A stretch of 63,153 nucleotides of DNA from a virus. Lineage: Duplodnaviria > Caudoviricetes. The notes under the pieces are model-generated. The model did not search any database and was not told the origin of the DNA. It saw only the letters and a program-made list of their open reading frames with translations. The stretch is taken from the IMG/VR virus record IMGVR_UViG_3300032132_000007, positions 1 to 63,153 of that record, one strand, 5' to 3'. How positions within the stretch are numbered: position 1 is the stretch's first letter; each line of letters opens with the position of its first letter. Of the stretch, positions 1 to 12,900 are shown one piece after another. The translations under genes and the position numbers were made by a program.

Positions 1-127
1 TCCCGGCACATACTCTGTAGCGAGGTAAATCATGGCACTCGATTTTCTTGGATACGACCCGTATGAAGAGGAGGGTCGTCTACGACGAGCAGCCCGGATT
101 GATTCGATCGGTGGGCAGGGATCACCG
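1..127. repeat. 127-bp exact terminal direct repeat (copy 1); circular assembly overlap
   Basis: 1-127 is identical to 63027-63153. 127 is a common assembler k-mer size, and genes read through the junction. Confidence 0.95.
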
Positions 128-616
128 TACACCGGTCGACCGGTTGTGAATTATCCGTCGTCTGTGTCGAATCCGAATCCGGTGTCGGTTCCGGTAACGT
201 CATTCCCCAATCAGACCAATCTCGACCCGTCGATCGCGTATCCGTTGTTTGAACGCTTTGAGGGATACGTCAATGACCAGGCAGAAGCGGGCCTTGACTG
301 GATGCCCTTGCCGACCCCCTACTACACGTACAACGAATCGCGTGATCCCACCACGGGAGACTACCTCTCTCGGAATGTCAGTGCAGATTACTCAGGTATG
401 GCGGAACCCCTTGTGGACTTTGCGAAGTGGTACGCAGAGCCGGTGCAGGGTCGCCTCGCACGCGGGATTGGAACACTGAACGACGCCCGGCACGTCGTCA
501 CGGACAACTCACAGATATCCCACTACACAGATCCACGCACGGGCATCGCGACACCGTACCCATTCCTAACGTCTGCGAGACCCGGCGCCTCGGCGTATGA
601 TCCTGTCTATTATTGA
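32..616 (+). CDS. Hypothetical virion-associated (putative ejection) protein
   Basis: GAGGT RBS before the ATG; P/Y/G-rich; co-oriented between the tail genes and the large internal virion genes. Confidence 0.6.
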   Translation: MALDFLGYDPYEEEGRLRRAARIDSIGGQGSPYTGRPVVNYPSSVSNPNPVSVPVTSFPNQTNLDPSIAYPLFERFEGYVNDQAEAGLDWMPLPTPYYTYNESRDPTTGDYLSRNVSADYSGMAEPLVDFAKWYAEPVQGRLARGIGTLNDARHVVTDNSQISHYTDPRTGIATPYPFLTSARPGASAYDPVYY

Positions 617-629
617 TGAAAGGTAAGTC

Positions 630-1328
630 ATGCCAAATCGACTCAACGCGTTTGGATTGTTCGGGGGCGTGAACGACGCGAGATCTCGCCAAGGAATCGT
701 TCCCAGTAACCTGCAGAATACTGGCGGTAACCTGACTGGCAGAGCGGGCCAGGCAGCAAATTTCGCCCTTGCGCAACAGGCACAGCAACAGGCAGAAGCG
801 CAACGGGTGTCGCAGGCACCGTCATTGGCTGCGTCGTACGGACCACAGGTTCAGAGTGGTATACAGCAGGCTCAAGACGAGTATTTTCGGGGGATTTCAC
901 AGGCTGAACAAGAACAACGGGACGCCCTTGCCAGAGAACAGCATCGGGCGCAACTGGAGAGGGACCGCCTTTCGTACTCACCAGCATACGTTCAGGCAGG
1001 CAGCAGTGTACCGGGCCAATATCGACCGAGCGCCACGTACAACGCTCTGGGGCAGCAGCTGTCGTCGACACCGTCCACGGGTATGGAGCTGTACGACCGT
1101 GCTGTTGGTGGTGACGCAAATGCCGGTGCGATCATAATGGCGGATTACAACCGACGGGGTCTGGAGACACCGTATGAAGCGCAATTGGCAGTGATGAATC
1201 AGCAATCTCGAACTCCGTCACTCAGAACAACAGGGTCGCGTGGATCCGTTGCTCGACAGACAGGTCAGACTGGCACTGGAGGTCGGTTGGGCGGATGGGG
1301 CGGTCGTCGAAAATGGGGCGGAGCGTAA
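630..1328 (+). CDS. Putative internal virion/ejection protein, Q/A/G-rich
   Basis: AAGGT RBS; low-complexity coiled-coil composition; position in the ejection-protein block. Confidence 0.6.
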   Translation: MPNRLNAFGLFGGVNDARSRQGIVPSNLQNTGGNLTGRAGQAANFALAQQAQQQAEAQRVSQAPSLAASYGPQVQSGIQQAQDEYFRGISQAEQEQRDALAREQHRAQLERDRLSYSPAYVQAGSSVPGQYRPSATYNALGQQLSSTPSTGMELYDRAVGGDANAGAIIMADYNRRGLETPYEAQLAVMNQQSRTPSLRTTGSRGSVARQTGQTGTGGRLGGWGGRRKWGGA

Positions 1329-1331
1329 ATC

Positions 1332-3851
1332 ATGAACCAGTACCAGATGGCAACGAACGAAGCTCTGCGCCAGAGGATGGCGCAGATGGCATCCAATAAT
1401 CAGCGTCTGGCACCTGTGGGTGCGTACATCCCCCCACCCTCGTTCAATGCCATTCCAGGCGTTACTCGGGCGCAGCAGCAGGCGGCGCGCGCTGCGGAGG
1501 ATCGTGCGCGTCGTGCGGAAATGGATGCGCAAGCGAAGGCTCACCAGTATGCGATGGAGCTGCAGGGTCAGGGTCTGGCGTCGGATTACAACCGCGCGGC
1601 AATGGAAGCCAACACGCGTGCGAATATGGCATCCGGTCAGCAGTTCGCGGACATGCAGATGCTGCGGGAACAGGGTGCGATCAACCAGGTACTGTCACGG
1701 GAAGAGGCAGCGGCGCGAGCACGTCTTCAGGAACTGGCTGGACGGCAGGATATCGCAGCGATTCAGGAGCGGGGACAGATCGAACAGCAGCTGGCCCAAA
1801 TTCAGGGCGAGCAGCAGATGCAGTTACAGCAGCTGCAGGGTCAGCAGCAAGTCGGGCTGCAAGAGAGTGAGAACCTGAACCGGATGCGTCTGCAGATGAT
1901 GGACGCGAACACCCGGATGAACTTGGGTGAACAGGGCGCGTATTATGACCAACGGATGGCGGATCAAAACAATGCAGCGGCGATGCAGCGGCTGATGGAG
2001 ACGGGTCGTCAGAATACTGGGCTGGCCCAACTGCAGGGCGAGCAGCAGATGGGTCAGATAGGTGCTCGGGGTGACCTCGACTGGCGGAATCTGCAATTTC
2101 AGGAACAGGGATTACAGGATCGTCTCGACACTGAGCTGACCGGGCGAATGGAGCAGATCGGTGCGGCGAATCGGGGCGCGATGGATCAAGCACAACTTAG
2201 AGAAAGGGGTGCGTGGGACCGAGCGAAGCTGACCGGTGAGCAGTCGCGGAAGCGCGCACTCATTGAGGGCAGGAATCGATTGGACGTTGCAGGCCTCCAG
2301 GGACAATGGGGAGTCGATCAAACGGAGGCGCAGGGCCAGTCTTACCAAGACACGGCGAGAATACGCGGACAGCATGACATGCGTCTGCAGAAGACGAAGG
2401 ATGCGACTGAACTGTACGGGTTGGGATATCGGCTGGATGACGACCAGCAAGCCCAGATTCGTGCCCTGCGTGCCAAGAAAGAGCACCTGTATACGAGAGA
2501 GCTTGACTTCAAGAAAGACCCACACGGTGATCGTCCCGAATGGAGGCGGAAGATCAACCAGATCGAAGATAAAATTCTGGACATAAGAGCACGACCGGCG
2601 GTGATACCGGAGGTTCAACACCGCGACGATTTCAGAGTTAACCCGTCCAGCGGACAGCAATACTACTTCGACCCCTCAACTGGCGGTTACAAACCGGAGC
2701 CTTCACAGGGTACTAGCGGCAGTCGTAGTAGAACGGGTGCGGGCACGGGCGATGGTATGGATTTATTGAACATGGCCCAAAAAATGACCGAGCAAGACCG
2801 GGAAGCTCATATCATCAGGCAAGAGCAATTAGACGAAGAGAACAGAGAACCGTTTGACAAAGAAGCAGCCTTCAGCAGAAACCTTCAAATGGTTCACAAT
2901 GCTGCGGGGTCACCGATTCCGGTCACTCCTGAACAACAGCAGCAGCAGGAACAGCAGCGCAGGCAGGAACTTAATACTAGGTTCGGCGTTGAATTTGGGG
3001 ACATTCTTTCGGGGGAAGAACGATACAGCCAGGCGGCACTCCTCGGTAAGTCTCCGGGATTAAGTGGAGCACGGACAATCGGGGGTCATGTGTATACAGA
3101 CCCGAGCTTTTACGAAACCGCAGCGCCAACTTCGCCGCAAGAACTGGTGAAGCTGGTGAATAAAGAACGTCCGAAGGATATGCGTCGTCTCCAAGCTGAA
3201 GTGGCGAAAGGGGTGATATCCCCTGAAGAGGGGCAGCGAATCCTGAATTCTATGGCGGATGACATTCAAGCCGAGCGTCACCTGGAGCGTGGTGCGGAAC
3301 AGGTCTTTAAGGGGGACTACGAGAAGTTCGATCCTCGGATGGAACGGATTCTTCTGGAGACGCGGTTTGACTCACCGGAAGAAAAGGACTGGCTCGCCGA
3401 AACCGAAGCAAAGGCTGAAGCAGCGGGCAAGATTACCATGCCGGGCAATACGTTGGGCGACGGGCGAGGGTCCGAGTGGCCGTTTCAGGAAGAGACGAAA
3501 GGTGTATCCGTGCCGGACGCGTGGAAGACATGGAAATTGGTTCTGGCAAAGTATGGATCAAACGGCCCGCCCCAGTCAGCGCCCGAGTACGGCGAGTTTG
3601 GAGTGGCGACTGCCGTGTTGCGTCAGGCCAAGGTTGTCGACGAGAAGATACTCAACCGGGCACTGGCACCTGCGAAAAGCGCGGTGCAACAACCGTTCGG
3701 GATTACGAAGCAGCCTGATTACAACCCGTACTATTACCCAGACGGTCCAGCGGGATCAAGAGGGGCACGGACAATCGGGGGTCATGTTTATACAGACCCG
3801 AGTTTTTACGAACCCGGAACCAAGCCGATTTATGAGTCGTACGGGTGGTAA
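1332..3851 (+). CDS. Putative internal virion/ejection protein with long Q-rich coiled coil
   Basis: 839 aa. The N-terminal half is quasi-periodic Q/A/E/R repeats, as in DNA pilot/ejection proteins. Lies directly upstream of the giant gene. Confidence 0.65.
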   Translation: MNQYQMATNEALRQRMAQMASNNQRLAPVGAYIPPPSFNAIPGVTRAQQQAARAAEDRARRAEMDAQAKAHQYAMELQGQGLASDYNRAAMEANTRANMASGQQFADMQMLREQGAINQVLSREEAAARARLQELAGRQDIAAIQERGQIEQQLAQIQGEQQMQLQQLQGQQQVGLQESENLNRMRLQMMDANTRMNLGEQGAYYDQRMADQNNAAAMQRLMETGRQNTGLAQLQGEQQMGQIGARGDLDWRNLQFQEQGLQDRLDTELTGRMEQIGAANRGAMDQAQLRERGAWDRAKLTGEQSRKRALIEGRNRLDVAGLQGQWGVDQTEAQGQSYQDTARIRGQHDMRLQKTKDATELYGLGYRLDDDQQAQIRALRAKKEHLYTRELDFKKDPHGDRPEWRRKINQIEDKILDIRARPAVIPEVQHRDDFRVNPSSGQQYYFDPSTGGYKPEPSQGTSGSRSRTGAGTGDGMDLLNMAQKMTEQDREAHIIRQEQLDEENREPFDKEAAFSRNLQMVHNAAGSPIPVTPEQQQQQEQQRRQELNTRFGVEFGDILSGEERYSQAALLGKSPGLSGARTIGGHVYTDPSFYETAAPTSPQELVKLVNKERPKDMRRLQAEVAKGVISPEEGQRILNSMADDIQAERHLERGAEQVFKGDYEKFDPRMERILLETRFDSPEEKDWLAETEAKAEAAGKITMPGNTLGDGRGSEWPFQEETKGVSVPDAWKTWKLVLAKYGSNGPPQSAPEYGEFGVATAVLRQAKVVDEKILNRALAPAKSAVQQPFGITKQPDYNPYYYPDGPAGSRGARTIGGHVYTDPSFYEPGTKPIYESYGW
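3069..3812 (+). repeat. 48-bp intragenic direct repeat (3069-3116 and 3765-3812) encoding ARTIGGHVYTDPSFYE
   Basis: 46/48 identical nt; both mismatches are synonymous. Confidence 0.9.
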
Positions 3852-3947
3852 TCAGGAGACGGAGTCGGCAGCGTCGGGAGGGGTGAATCCATGGCGCCTT
3901 GGAAGTGGAAGACTATGGTCCACTGGTGATATAACAAGGATTATCCA

Positions 3948-6900
3948 ATGGGTGAACTCGCCGGTCTGCTGCGCAGCGTTGGGTACAAAACGCGGGCACA
4001 GCGACAAGAAGAAGAGGAACAGCAAAGACGTGCGAGGCTGTCACGCCGATACAGTACAACAGGCGAGGAGTCGGGCCTGACGAAGTTTCTGCGTGCAGGT
4101 GACGATGCGTCGCGCCAGACGGGGTATCAGCTAGCGCAGCAGGCTGCGCAGACTCCCAGCGGCTGGGCTGGTACTCCCGCACCCATACGCGAGGCGATGT
4201 ACGCGGTGCCCGGTGCGCTCCGCAGTGCAGCGAGCACGGTAGCCCGCCCGTTCTCCCGCAATCTGGCAGACGACATCCTTGAGGAAAAGAGGATTCAGGC
4301 GATTCAGGCCGAGGCGGATCGTCAGGATGACTGGTTCCCCACGGGCAGCCGTATGCTCGGTGGTGCATACGAGTCGATTGCGACCGTGGTTCCGGCATCA
4401 ATGGCAGCGGGTCCGGTAGGAGCGATCGGCGTATTCGCAGCGGAGCGTGGCAACGAAGCGATCAAGGAAGCTGAGGAAGCGGGCTTACAGGGTGACGACG
4501 CCCGCAACTACGTGTTACGCGCGACGGCGATTGAAGGTGGCGTGACGGGTGTGTTTCAGTTGGCAGGTCTGGGAGGCATGGAGTCGCTCGGTCGTGGTGC
4601 GCGTGGCGCGGCGAAAAGCGCAGTAACTGGTGCTGCACGGGGTACGGTTCCGTCAGCAGCGATGAAGACAGCAGCAAAAGGTCTGGAGCGGACGCCAGGT
4701 ATGCGGGCGTTCATGAAGGTGGCTTCCAAGAATCTGGCTGCCGAGACTGCCGAAGAAGAGATCATTGCGTTTTCCGATCTGGTGAATCAGTCGGTCAGTC
4801 GAGTGAATCCGGACGCACTGAACCCGGACAACGTGGTGAGTACGTTGGCGTACACGTTCGGTCAGACGGCGATCACGATGGGGATCATGCAGTCGCCGGG
4901 TGCAGTGGATGCGTTTCGCAGCAGTCCGAGTCGGGCGAAATGGAAGAACCTTCCAGAAGACCTGCGGGACGCGGTAAGAACAGTATATGGCAAGACGGTA
5001 AATTCTCAGCAGGACCGTGAGGAAATTGCCGACGTTCTTGGCGGGATGATGGCGGGAGTTGTGCAGGCGAAGGCAGCAGAGCAGGCAGCGGGAAGTCCCC
5101 CGTCGGAGGGGCAGGACGGTGACGGTGTACGTCAGCCTGCCCCTCTTCCTCCAGGAGATGTACAACCGGCAGAGGGTTCCACTCCCCTCGTGCCGACCCC
5201 GGATCCGCCGCCCACCGAGCAGGCGGATCCGGTTTCTCCAGAGACCACCGCGCCCGTACTTGAGCCGGGTATGATGGTGACGTGGACGACCAACAAAGGT
5301 ACAGACAAGGCACGGACCTATCGGGGTGTCTACAGGAAAACGTATGACACCGGACGAACAAGCATTGCCGAGGTAGAGTATCAGACACCGGAGGGTGGAT
5401 GGGCGCGCTTAGAGCGGGCACGCAAGCAGCCTGCCGAGAAGAGTCTGACCCCGTTGCAGGACGCCGCGCCGGAACCGGCTGCGGTCGAGCCGAGCGCTGC
5501 ACCCGAGGCGGGTCCGGTTACTGTTGACCAGAACGAAATAGCCACAGCACTAGAAGAGGCAGCACCGTACACGGAATACGGTCCCAACTACGTCCGAGAC
5601 GTTGATGACCGGGCGATGCGTCTGCGTAAGGCAATAGACGACGGATTTGATGAGAGGATGCAGAACCAGCTGCTGGGGGAGCTGCGTGCGAGTCTGGAGT
5701 TAGTGAAGCAGCTTCGAGCGGATCAGCCTGACCCCGCACAGGTGGAACCGGAGACACCATCCGAGCCTGAGTCCAGGCCGTTCAAGGTGGGCGATCCGGT
5801 AGTTCTAAACGAAGCGGAATGGGGACAAGTCGGGGGTAAAGTCGTTGCTGTCAATGATGACGGCACCGTGGAAGTGGCGTATGTGAACTCTCGCCCTGAC
5901 GAAGGTTTGGAAGAATATGAAAACCAGAGTTATGACGCAGATACAATTTATCACGCTGAGTGGCCGAACCTGGCGCCCAATACGCCGGTCGAAGTCGATC
6001 AGGAAGAAGGAGGAACAGAGAACGGTATAGTGCTAAGGGTATACCCAAGCGACCAAGCTGATGTACTTTACGCTGATGGCGAGACAGAGAAAAAAGTCCT
6101 GCTGGAGTTTGTGAAAGAGAAGCAACTTCCGTTTGCAGAAATGTCGGAACAGGCGTTGCGGGCGTGGATACAGAAGCACGACACGACGGGGGATTGGCCC
6201 GAGCAGGAAATGCAATCGTCCAGTCGTGACGAGTTGATTGAATCGGCCCAGGATCTGTGGTTGAAATTAGACGGCGAAGTCACATTCGCAGCGGAACCTG
6301 ATCAAGCACCTGCCGCCGACACACCAGCACCCGAAGCAGATGAACGCCGGTACGGACCCGCCCAGCAGACGGTTTTAGAGTTGGTTAAGGAAGCGGACTT
6401 GAAACTGCGCGAATCCGAAGCGGAGCGTGGCGGCACACATTTCGGGGATGTTCACGAAGGTGAACCGTGGAAGGGTGCGATCCAGCGCCTGGTCACCGAG
6501 AAGTTGGATAAGCACTACCCTGAAGGCACACCGGCAAGCGTGTACGACAGACTTACTCATGTGCTTGCGTCAGGATTCGACGGTCCACCTGATTCACCGC
6601 AGCCTGACACGCCGTCCGATGTGGCAGCACCGGAACCGTCCGTCACGCCACTCCTGGCGAAAGACGTAAAAATCCCCGACTTCGACAAGATCGACGACCC
6701 GGAAGATCTCAGGCAGGCATTGAAAGCCGCTCATGACGGGATACTTGCCGACGAACGCAACCGTAAGGACGGCGCGTTGAATGGAGAGGCAAAGCGCAAA
6801 CTAAAATCCATAGTGAAACGGCAGCAAAAACTGCCGCGCACGCCCGCAGAGATGGACACCCTGATCGACGCAGCGATCGAAGAAGCGATACCCGATGGCA

Positions 6901-9900
6901 AGACTGCAGCTGACGGTGTGAAATACCTGAAAGACCGCGTCAAACTGAACGACCTGAAGGATCGCTGGGCAGTCGACAAATGGCGAGGCGGTGTAAACAG
7001 TGTCCAATATAAGATCCAGAAAGAGATCGACCGCAGACTGAACCCCTACGCGGTCGAGGAGTCCGATGCCGATCAGGAATGGGATCACGAGGCGCATCGG
7101 AAGGAGGAAGCTGAGGCGATGTTGGGCGAGGCATACAGACTCCTCAAAGCGGGTACGGTCGACGATGCAGTCAGATATTTGAAAAGTGAATCAAAGCACT
7201 CAGTTAATAAGTTGGGGGATCTGCGAGAGCTGCTGGGGCTTCCGCTCCAAAACCACAACACCTTCAAAGACTTCGTCAACAACTACCTCGAACCGGAGTA
7301 CGACCCCTTCGGCGAGGAATCGCCGTTCGTGGATCCGGAAGCTGAGGCTTCAGCACCGGACGCTGCGCCCCCGCGACAGGAGTCGGAGTACGAGAAGCTC
7401 CAACGGCAGATCGACGCAATCGAGAGCGATTACGAAAGTTATGAAGAGGGGGCGGGGGCATGGGAACGTGGCGACACGAACATGACGTTGACAAAGCGTG
7501 CCGAGAAGAAGATTGCCCGCCTCCAACGCCAGATCGATAAGCTGCCCAAACACCCGGACGATATCGCGCAGTCCCTGACTGACGCGGAGGATGCGTTGCG
7601 TACGGAAGGCGTCGACGCGTGGGAAGCGGCCATGAAGGAGGACCACGTTACGGCGAAAGAACTTCGGGAGTATCTGGACCTGAAGAAAGGCTATGGGTGG
7701 AAGAAGATCGGTCAGCATCTGCTTGAAAAAGCGAAGGCGGAACAACAGGACGCGGCGCCCCCGCCAGTAGAACCGGAGCTGGATGAATCAGAGCCGAGTG
7801 GCCCGGAGTCTGAGGTGCGGGCAGAGCAGGAACCCGTGGTCGAGGACACGGTCGAACCTCCCATGACTCCATTGCAGGAGAGGCGTAAGGAACGACAGGA
7901 GACAGCCGCTACCGAACGGTACTTTCGGCAGCTGGATGAACGGGTGAAGACGGCAGGATTTCAGAAGGCACGGGTGCCGGTTCAGGTGCGAGACAGGAAT
8001 GACGATGACGCGACTCCCGAACTCCCCGGCCAGCAGCTGGGCGACTGGTTTGTCTACCGCCATCGGGAGCAGGACGAAGACGGCAACTGGGCGACCGCGA
8101 AAGGTTGGGGAGTGGTTCATGTGCCGACCGGTTTAGAGGCGGCGTCAGCGGGCACACAGAAAGACGCGAAGCAGCTGGCTCTTATGTACCGCGAGGCTGG
8201 GATTGATATGTCTCGGGTGACCTCAGCGGACCAGATGACAACGGAGCAGAGCAGCATCCTGAAGTCCATGCGGTCAGCGTGGGACCGCTCGGATCTACGA
8301 AACGTAGACGACACGCTGCGTCAGCAGATGCTGGATACGGTTCGACCCGTAGACCCCGGACTGAATGCGGACATCACGCTGGACGCAGGTGACTTAATTC
8401 CTCGGGGGAAAACAGCGCCAGACCCACGAATTGCCAAGTTGGTGAGGGAAGTTCCGGAGTTCGGGTACAACCCCGTCTTCACGGTAAATGACAACCGGCA
8501 ACTGGTGTTTCAAGACGGGTTCCGGTTTGCCTTCGAGCCGAAGTTGTTTGGATTAGAGGAAGGGGATGTTGAGCCGGGTATGCGTATCGGGATCAACCTC
8601 GGTGACATCGGGATCAAAACCCCGGCATCAGATAAGGTGGTCAAGTCCGTTCTGGAGCGCGAGTTCGCGGTAAAGAAGAAACCCAACAAGCGGGAACCCA
8701 GCGGTCCCGGTTTGATTGCCACACAGAACGATGAGCAGGTGGTCATTGCTGGCGAGGGGGAGAGCTGGACGGTCGTGGGTGACAGTCCTGCGGCTCAACG
8801 TGCTCGGACCCTGCTCGATGGTATCCCGTGGAAACGTGCGGAGCAGATCGCACAGAACGACGATGCCGCTGCCGAGCCGACCGCAGCGGAACCCTCAGCG
8901 CCGCGTCTTACAAAGACCATAGTTGAGGAAGGCCTGGCTGATGTTGAGAGTGGCGGGTATACAGTGAAGGCACATCCGTCCGTCGTCGGCGCGAATAAAA
9001 AGCAATCGCTCCAACAACATATTACTCGGGCGACGAGCGAGAGCGACAGGTTGCGCGAAAGTATCACGGTGATGCAGCGCAATGCCGACGAGGAAGGCGC
9101 CGACACTCGTGACGCTCAGGAGAAAGCACAGATAACACTCGGCAAAAAAATACGCGATCTGTTCAAGCTGCGGAAGCTCGCAGAGGGTCACACATACTGG
9201 GAAGTGAAGCGTAGCGACAATCTGGGCGCGGAACCATATCTGGTGTTTTCGGACGGCACAGTCCTGCACACATATGAGGGCACGTCTCCGCAAGAGGGGG
9301 CGGACGTGGAAGGCGAGTCCGTCCAGTGGCCGGTTGCCAATGCGCCGACCGTGGCGACGTATACGGAGTCATGGGACGAATTCCTTCGAATGCAAGGGCC
9401 GGATGATTCGGGAGCGGAATACATGCCCGCGAGTGGAGGCGACTCGGGACCGCGTGTTGCGGACTCGCAGGTACGTCCTGTGGCAATGAATTATCCATCG
9501 ACCACCGCGAATGTAGACGGCACTGAAACGGCACAGCGATCGCTGCGTGAGAGAGCGGAGCGTGCGTTTGAGGCAGCGAAGTCGTGGGTTACTGGACGGG
9601 GCATCCCCCGTGACCCCGATGCGCGCGTGGCTCACCGGGACATTATGCGGTCAGCTGAAGCGGCGATGACGAACGTGTCGAACACGTTCGGTCTCAAGCT
9701 GGGCTTTGTGAAAACGGGAGTGCGCGGGTTCTACGACCGCATTAGCGATATCGCTCGAATTGCAAACGTGGGTGATCTCCCGGCAGTGGTTCATGAGATC
9801 GGGCACGCAATCTCTCACGAGACAGTGGTTGCGACGCTGATCGAGAACGCAAACGAAACGGTGCTGGGCCAGCTGGAGGTTCTTGGTCAGGCAATATACA

Positions 9901-12900
9901 AGGAAGAACCTCACAACGGGTGGATCAGCGAAGGGTTCGCCGAGCTGGTGCGTTCGTGGATGACCGCTCAGGGACCAGACCGTCATAGGCTGGATGGTGA
10001 CGGACGGGGCAACACAGGCATCGCTCCGGATGCTGTGAAGTGGTTCGAGAACAAAGTGTTGCCACAGCTGGGTGACAACAGAGGCCAGGACTTCATCGAG
10101 ATGCAGCGACTGATGCACAAGTATGACAGTCAGGGAGCTGTCAATCGGGCGCTGGCGAACCTCATTGACATGGGCAAAAGAAATAATCCGTTTGATTTCA
10201 AAGCTCGCGTACGAGACGCACGCATTGCTCACGTTGACGCATACACGATGCTGATGGAAATATCGGATTGGGTTCGTGAGCACACCGGGAAGGAGTTACT
10301 GCCCCATCAGGATCCCTATAAGCTGGCCGCCATGAGCAAACTTGTGCATCACTCGCAGGCATTCAACGCTGTGATGGATGAGGGAATCGTCATCTTTCAG
10401 CGGGGGCACTACGATAAGGAAACAGGAGAATGGGTCCGCAACGAAGACCCGAACGATCAGCGTGGTGCATTTCGTAAGATCGGCCCGGCTCTGAACGAGG
10501 TGAACGCGATACTGGAGGATTCAAACAAGGGTGAGTTCGGTATCTACCTGGTAGCGAAACGGTCGCTGGCATTAAAGGACAACAAGAAGGCGCAGGCGAA
10601 GTGGCTGTCACGGGCGATGGGTGCCCCGGTGGAATGGGACGGCACTGAGTTCCACATTATGACGCCGGGCGGACTCGTGGCGTTCACCAATAAGGACGCC
10701 ATAGCCAAAGCGAAGAAGGAGACTGCGAAAAACACACCGATGACCGAAAAGGATGCACGCGCAGCAATCGCCGAGCTGGAGTCCCCGGCATTCGAGAATG
10801 CTGCCGATATCGTATACCAGTTCTCCGATGCGATGCTGACCTACATGGCATCAAAGTCCCCCGCGTTCGTGCCGATCGTGAATCGGATGCGTGCCAACGA
10901 CGCCGGGTTCTACGCGCCCCTGTCCCGATACTTCTACGAGCTGGGGTCGTGGCAAGCTGACGAACGTAAGGGTGGAGGCTCCGACGCACAGAGGGGTGCT
11001 ATAGGACATGGTCAAAAAGGATCCACGCGTCCGGAAGTCAAAGATCCTATTCCGCAGCTGATATCGAACGCACAACAGATGTTTCAGGCGGCGAACGACC
11101 GTGCGGTGATTGACGCACTCGCTGCCCTGACCCGACCTCGACCCCCGGAGCCGGGAGAAAAGGTGACGTGGGTAACGGAGGGGGGCAAAGAAAGGACTGC
11201 CACCTACGTGAAACGCAAGGATCAACGCTTCTCTCAGGTGAAGCTCGAAAACGGTAGGCTGGAAAACATACGGACGCTTCGCCTTACCGGAGAGCATGAC
11301 TGGCAAGGGATCGGCAAGTTGATAAGTCAAGTGCCCACTGAACATGAGAAGGTGTTGTCGAAGGAGGTCAAGGATGTGGTTAAAGCACTGCGAGACACGT
11401 TGGAGGAGCAGGGTGCTACGCTGGAAATTACAGACGAGGCGGGGCGTGAGTTTGACGATGACGAACTGATGGGGTTCATCAACTTCTTCCGCCAAAAACC
11501 ACAGTACCTGGGAAACAAGCCCGTGTTCCCGATCCTGACGGATGGAAAGGTGACGTGGTTGCAGGTGGAACCAGATCTGTACGACGCGTTGCAAACCAAC
11601 GCGGTGGTTGACCATGGCGCTGACTGGGGCGGCCTGAAAGACCTGCTGATAGGTGCTCCGAACCGTACGTTCCGTGCGATGACGACGACATTCAACACGG
11701 CGTTCGGTCTATTCAAGAACCCCCTGCGTGATTTGCAGACGGCAGCTATCAACACGCGTTCTTCCCCACAACCGTGGGAGAACGTGAAGGGGTACTTCGG
11801 TGAGTTACTTGGTTCGACCAAAGAACTTCTGGGGCACGTAGGAAGCGGTGCCCAGGCTGCTGCAGGTGCTGCGGATAAATACGTGCTCGACCCGTTTACG
11901 GGGAAGGCGGGAATGTTGTCGGGAGTGGTGGCGAAGACACCGGACTTTGTTGAGAAGGTGCGTGGCAAAGAGGTGAAGTGGGAAGGTACTCAGGTCAATC
12001 GATGGGCGAAGCTGATGGGCCTGCATATGGCACAGCCAACGGGCCAGGACACTGCCATCACCCGCGACCTGGGGAGCATCATTACAGGTGATCGCACGTT
12101 TAGACAAGCGTGGATCTCTGCACCGGCGAACTACATCCGGGATGGGATCAACATTTTTGAGACGACAGCACGCAACGCCGAGGTGATAAACCTTGCACGG
12201 CAGCGGGGGATCGACCTGAACCACATGACGTGGGACCAGATGATTGAAATGGCGATCGCGTGGAAGGAAGTGACGGCAGACTTCTCAGCAGCGGGCACTG
12301 CCACCAGGCAGGCGAATTACTATATTCCATTTTACGCAGCACAGATTGCCGGTCTGCGGTCGTACTCTCGTGCAGCGGTCAGGAACCCAAAAGACTTTGC
12401 GATTCGTCAGTCTGCGATGGCGACACTGGGACTGTTTGCGTGGTTCTTGAACAAGGACGACGACTGGTATAAGGAAAGCACAGGTATGGAGAAGTACCTG
12501 TATTGGAACTTCGAGATTGGCGACAACATCATCAAGGTGCCGAGGTCGTATGAGGCGGGCACGATGGTGGCGGGGATGATGGAAGCGATGGCAGATGCTG
12601 CGTATCAGAAGGATCCGGCAGGCCTGGATGAGTTCATGGAGACACTTCAGGAAGTGCTTGGTCCGACTGGTCTGCCGGTGGCGGCTGCACGCAAGGCGGC
12701 AGGTACGATGGAGTGGGGTGAGGTGGGAGGCCTGGTGTCCGACTTCCTGCCTGTGATTTTGCGTGAAGGTCTCGACCAAGCGACGAACTGGGACCACTTC
12801 TGGAACCAGCCGATCGTGTCGAGGAGTCTGGAGCAGATGCCTGCCGAGGAGCAGTTCGACAAGTTCACATCAAAGGTGGGCATCGCCATTGGTGGGATGA

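Noticed and set aside
3069-3812. 48-bp repeat as a DGR template/variable pair
   Set aside because: No reverse transcriptase in the genome; the mismatches are not at adenines and are synonymous.
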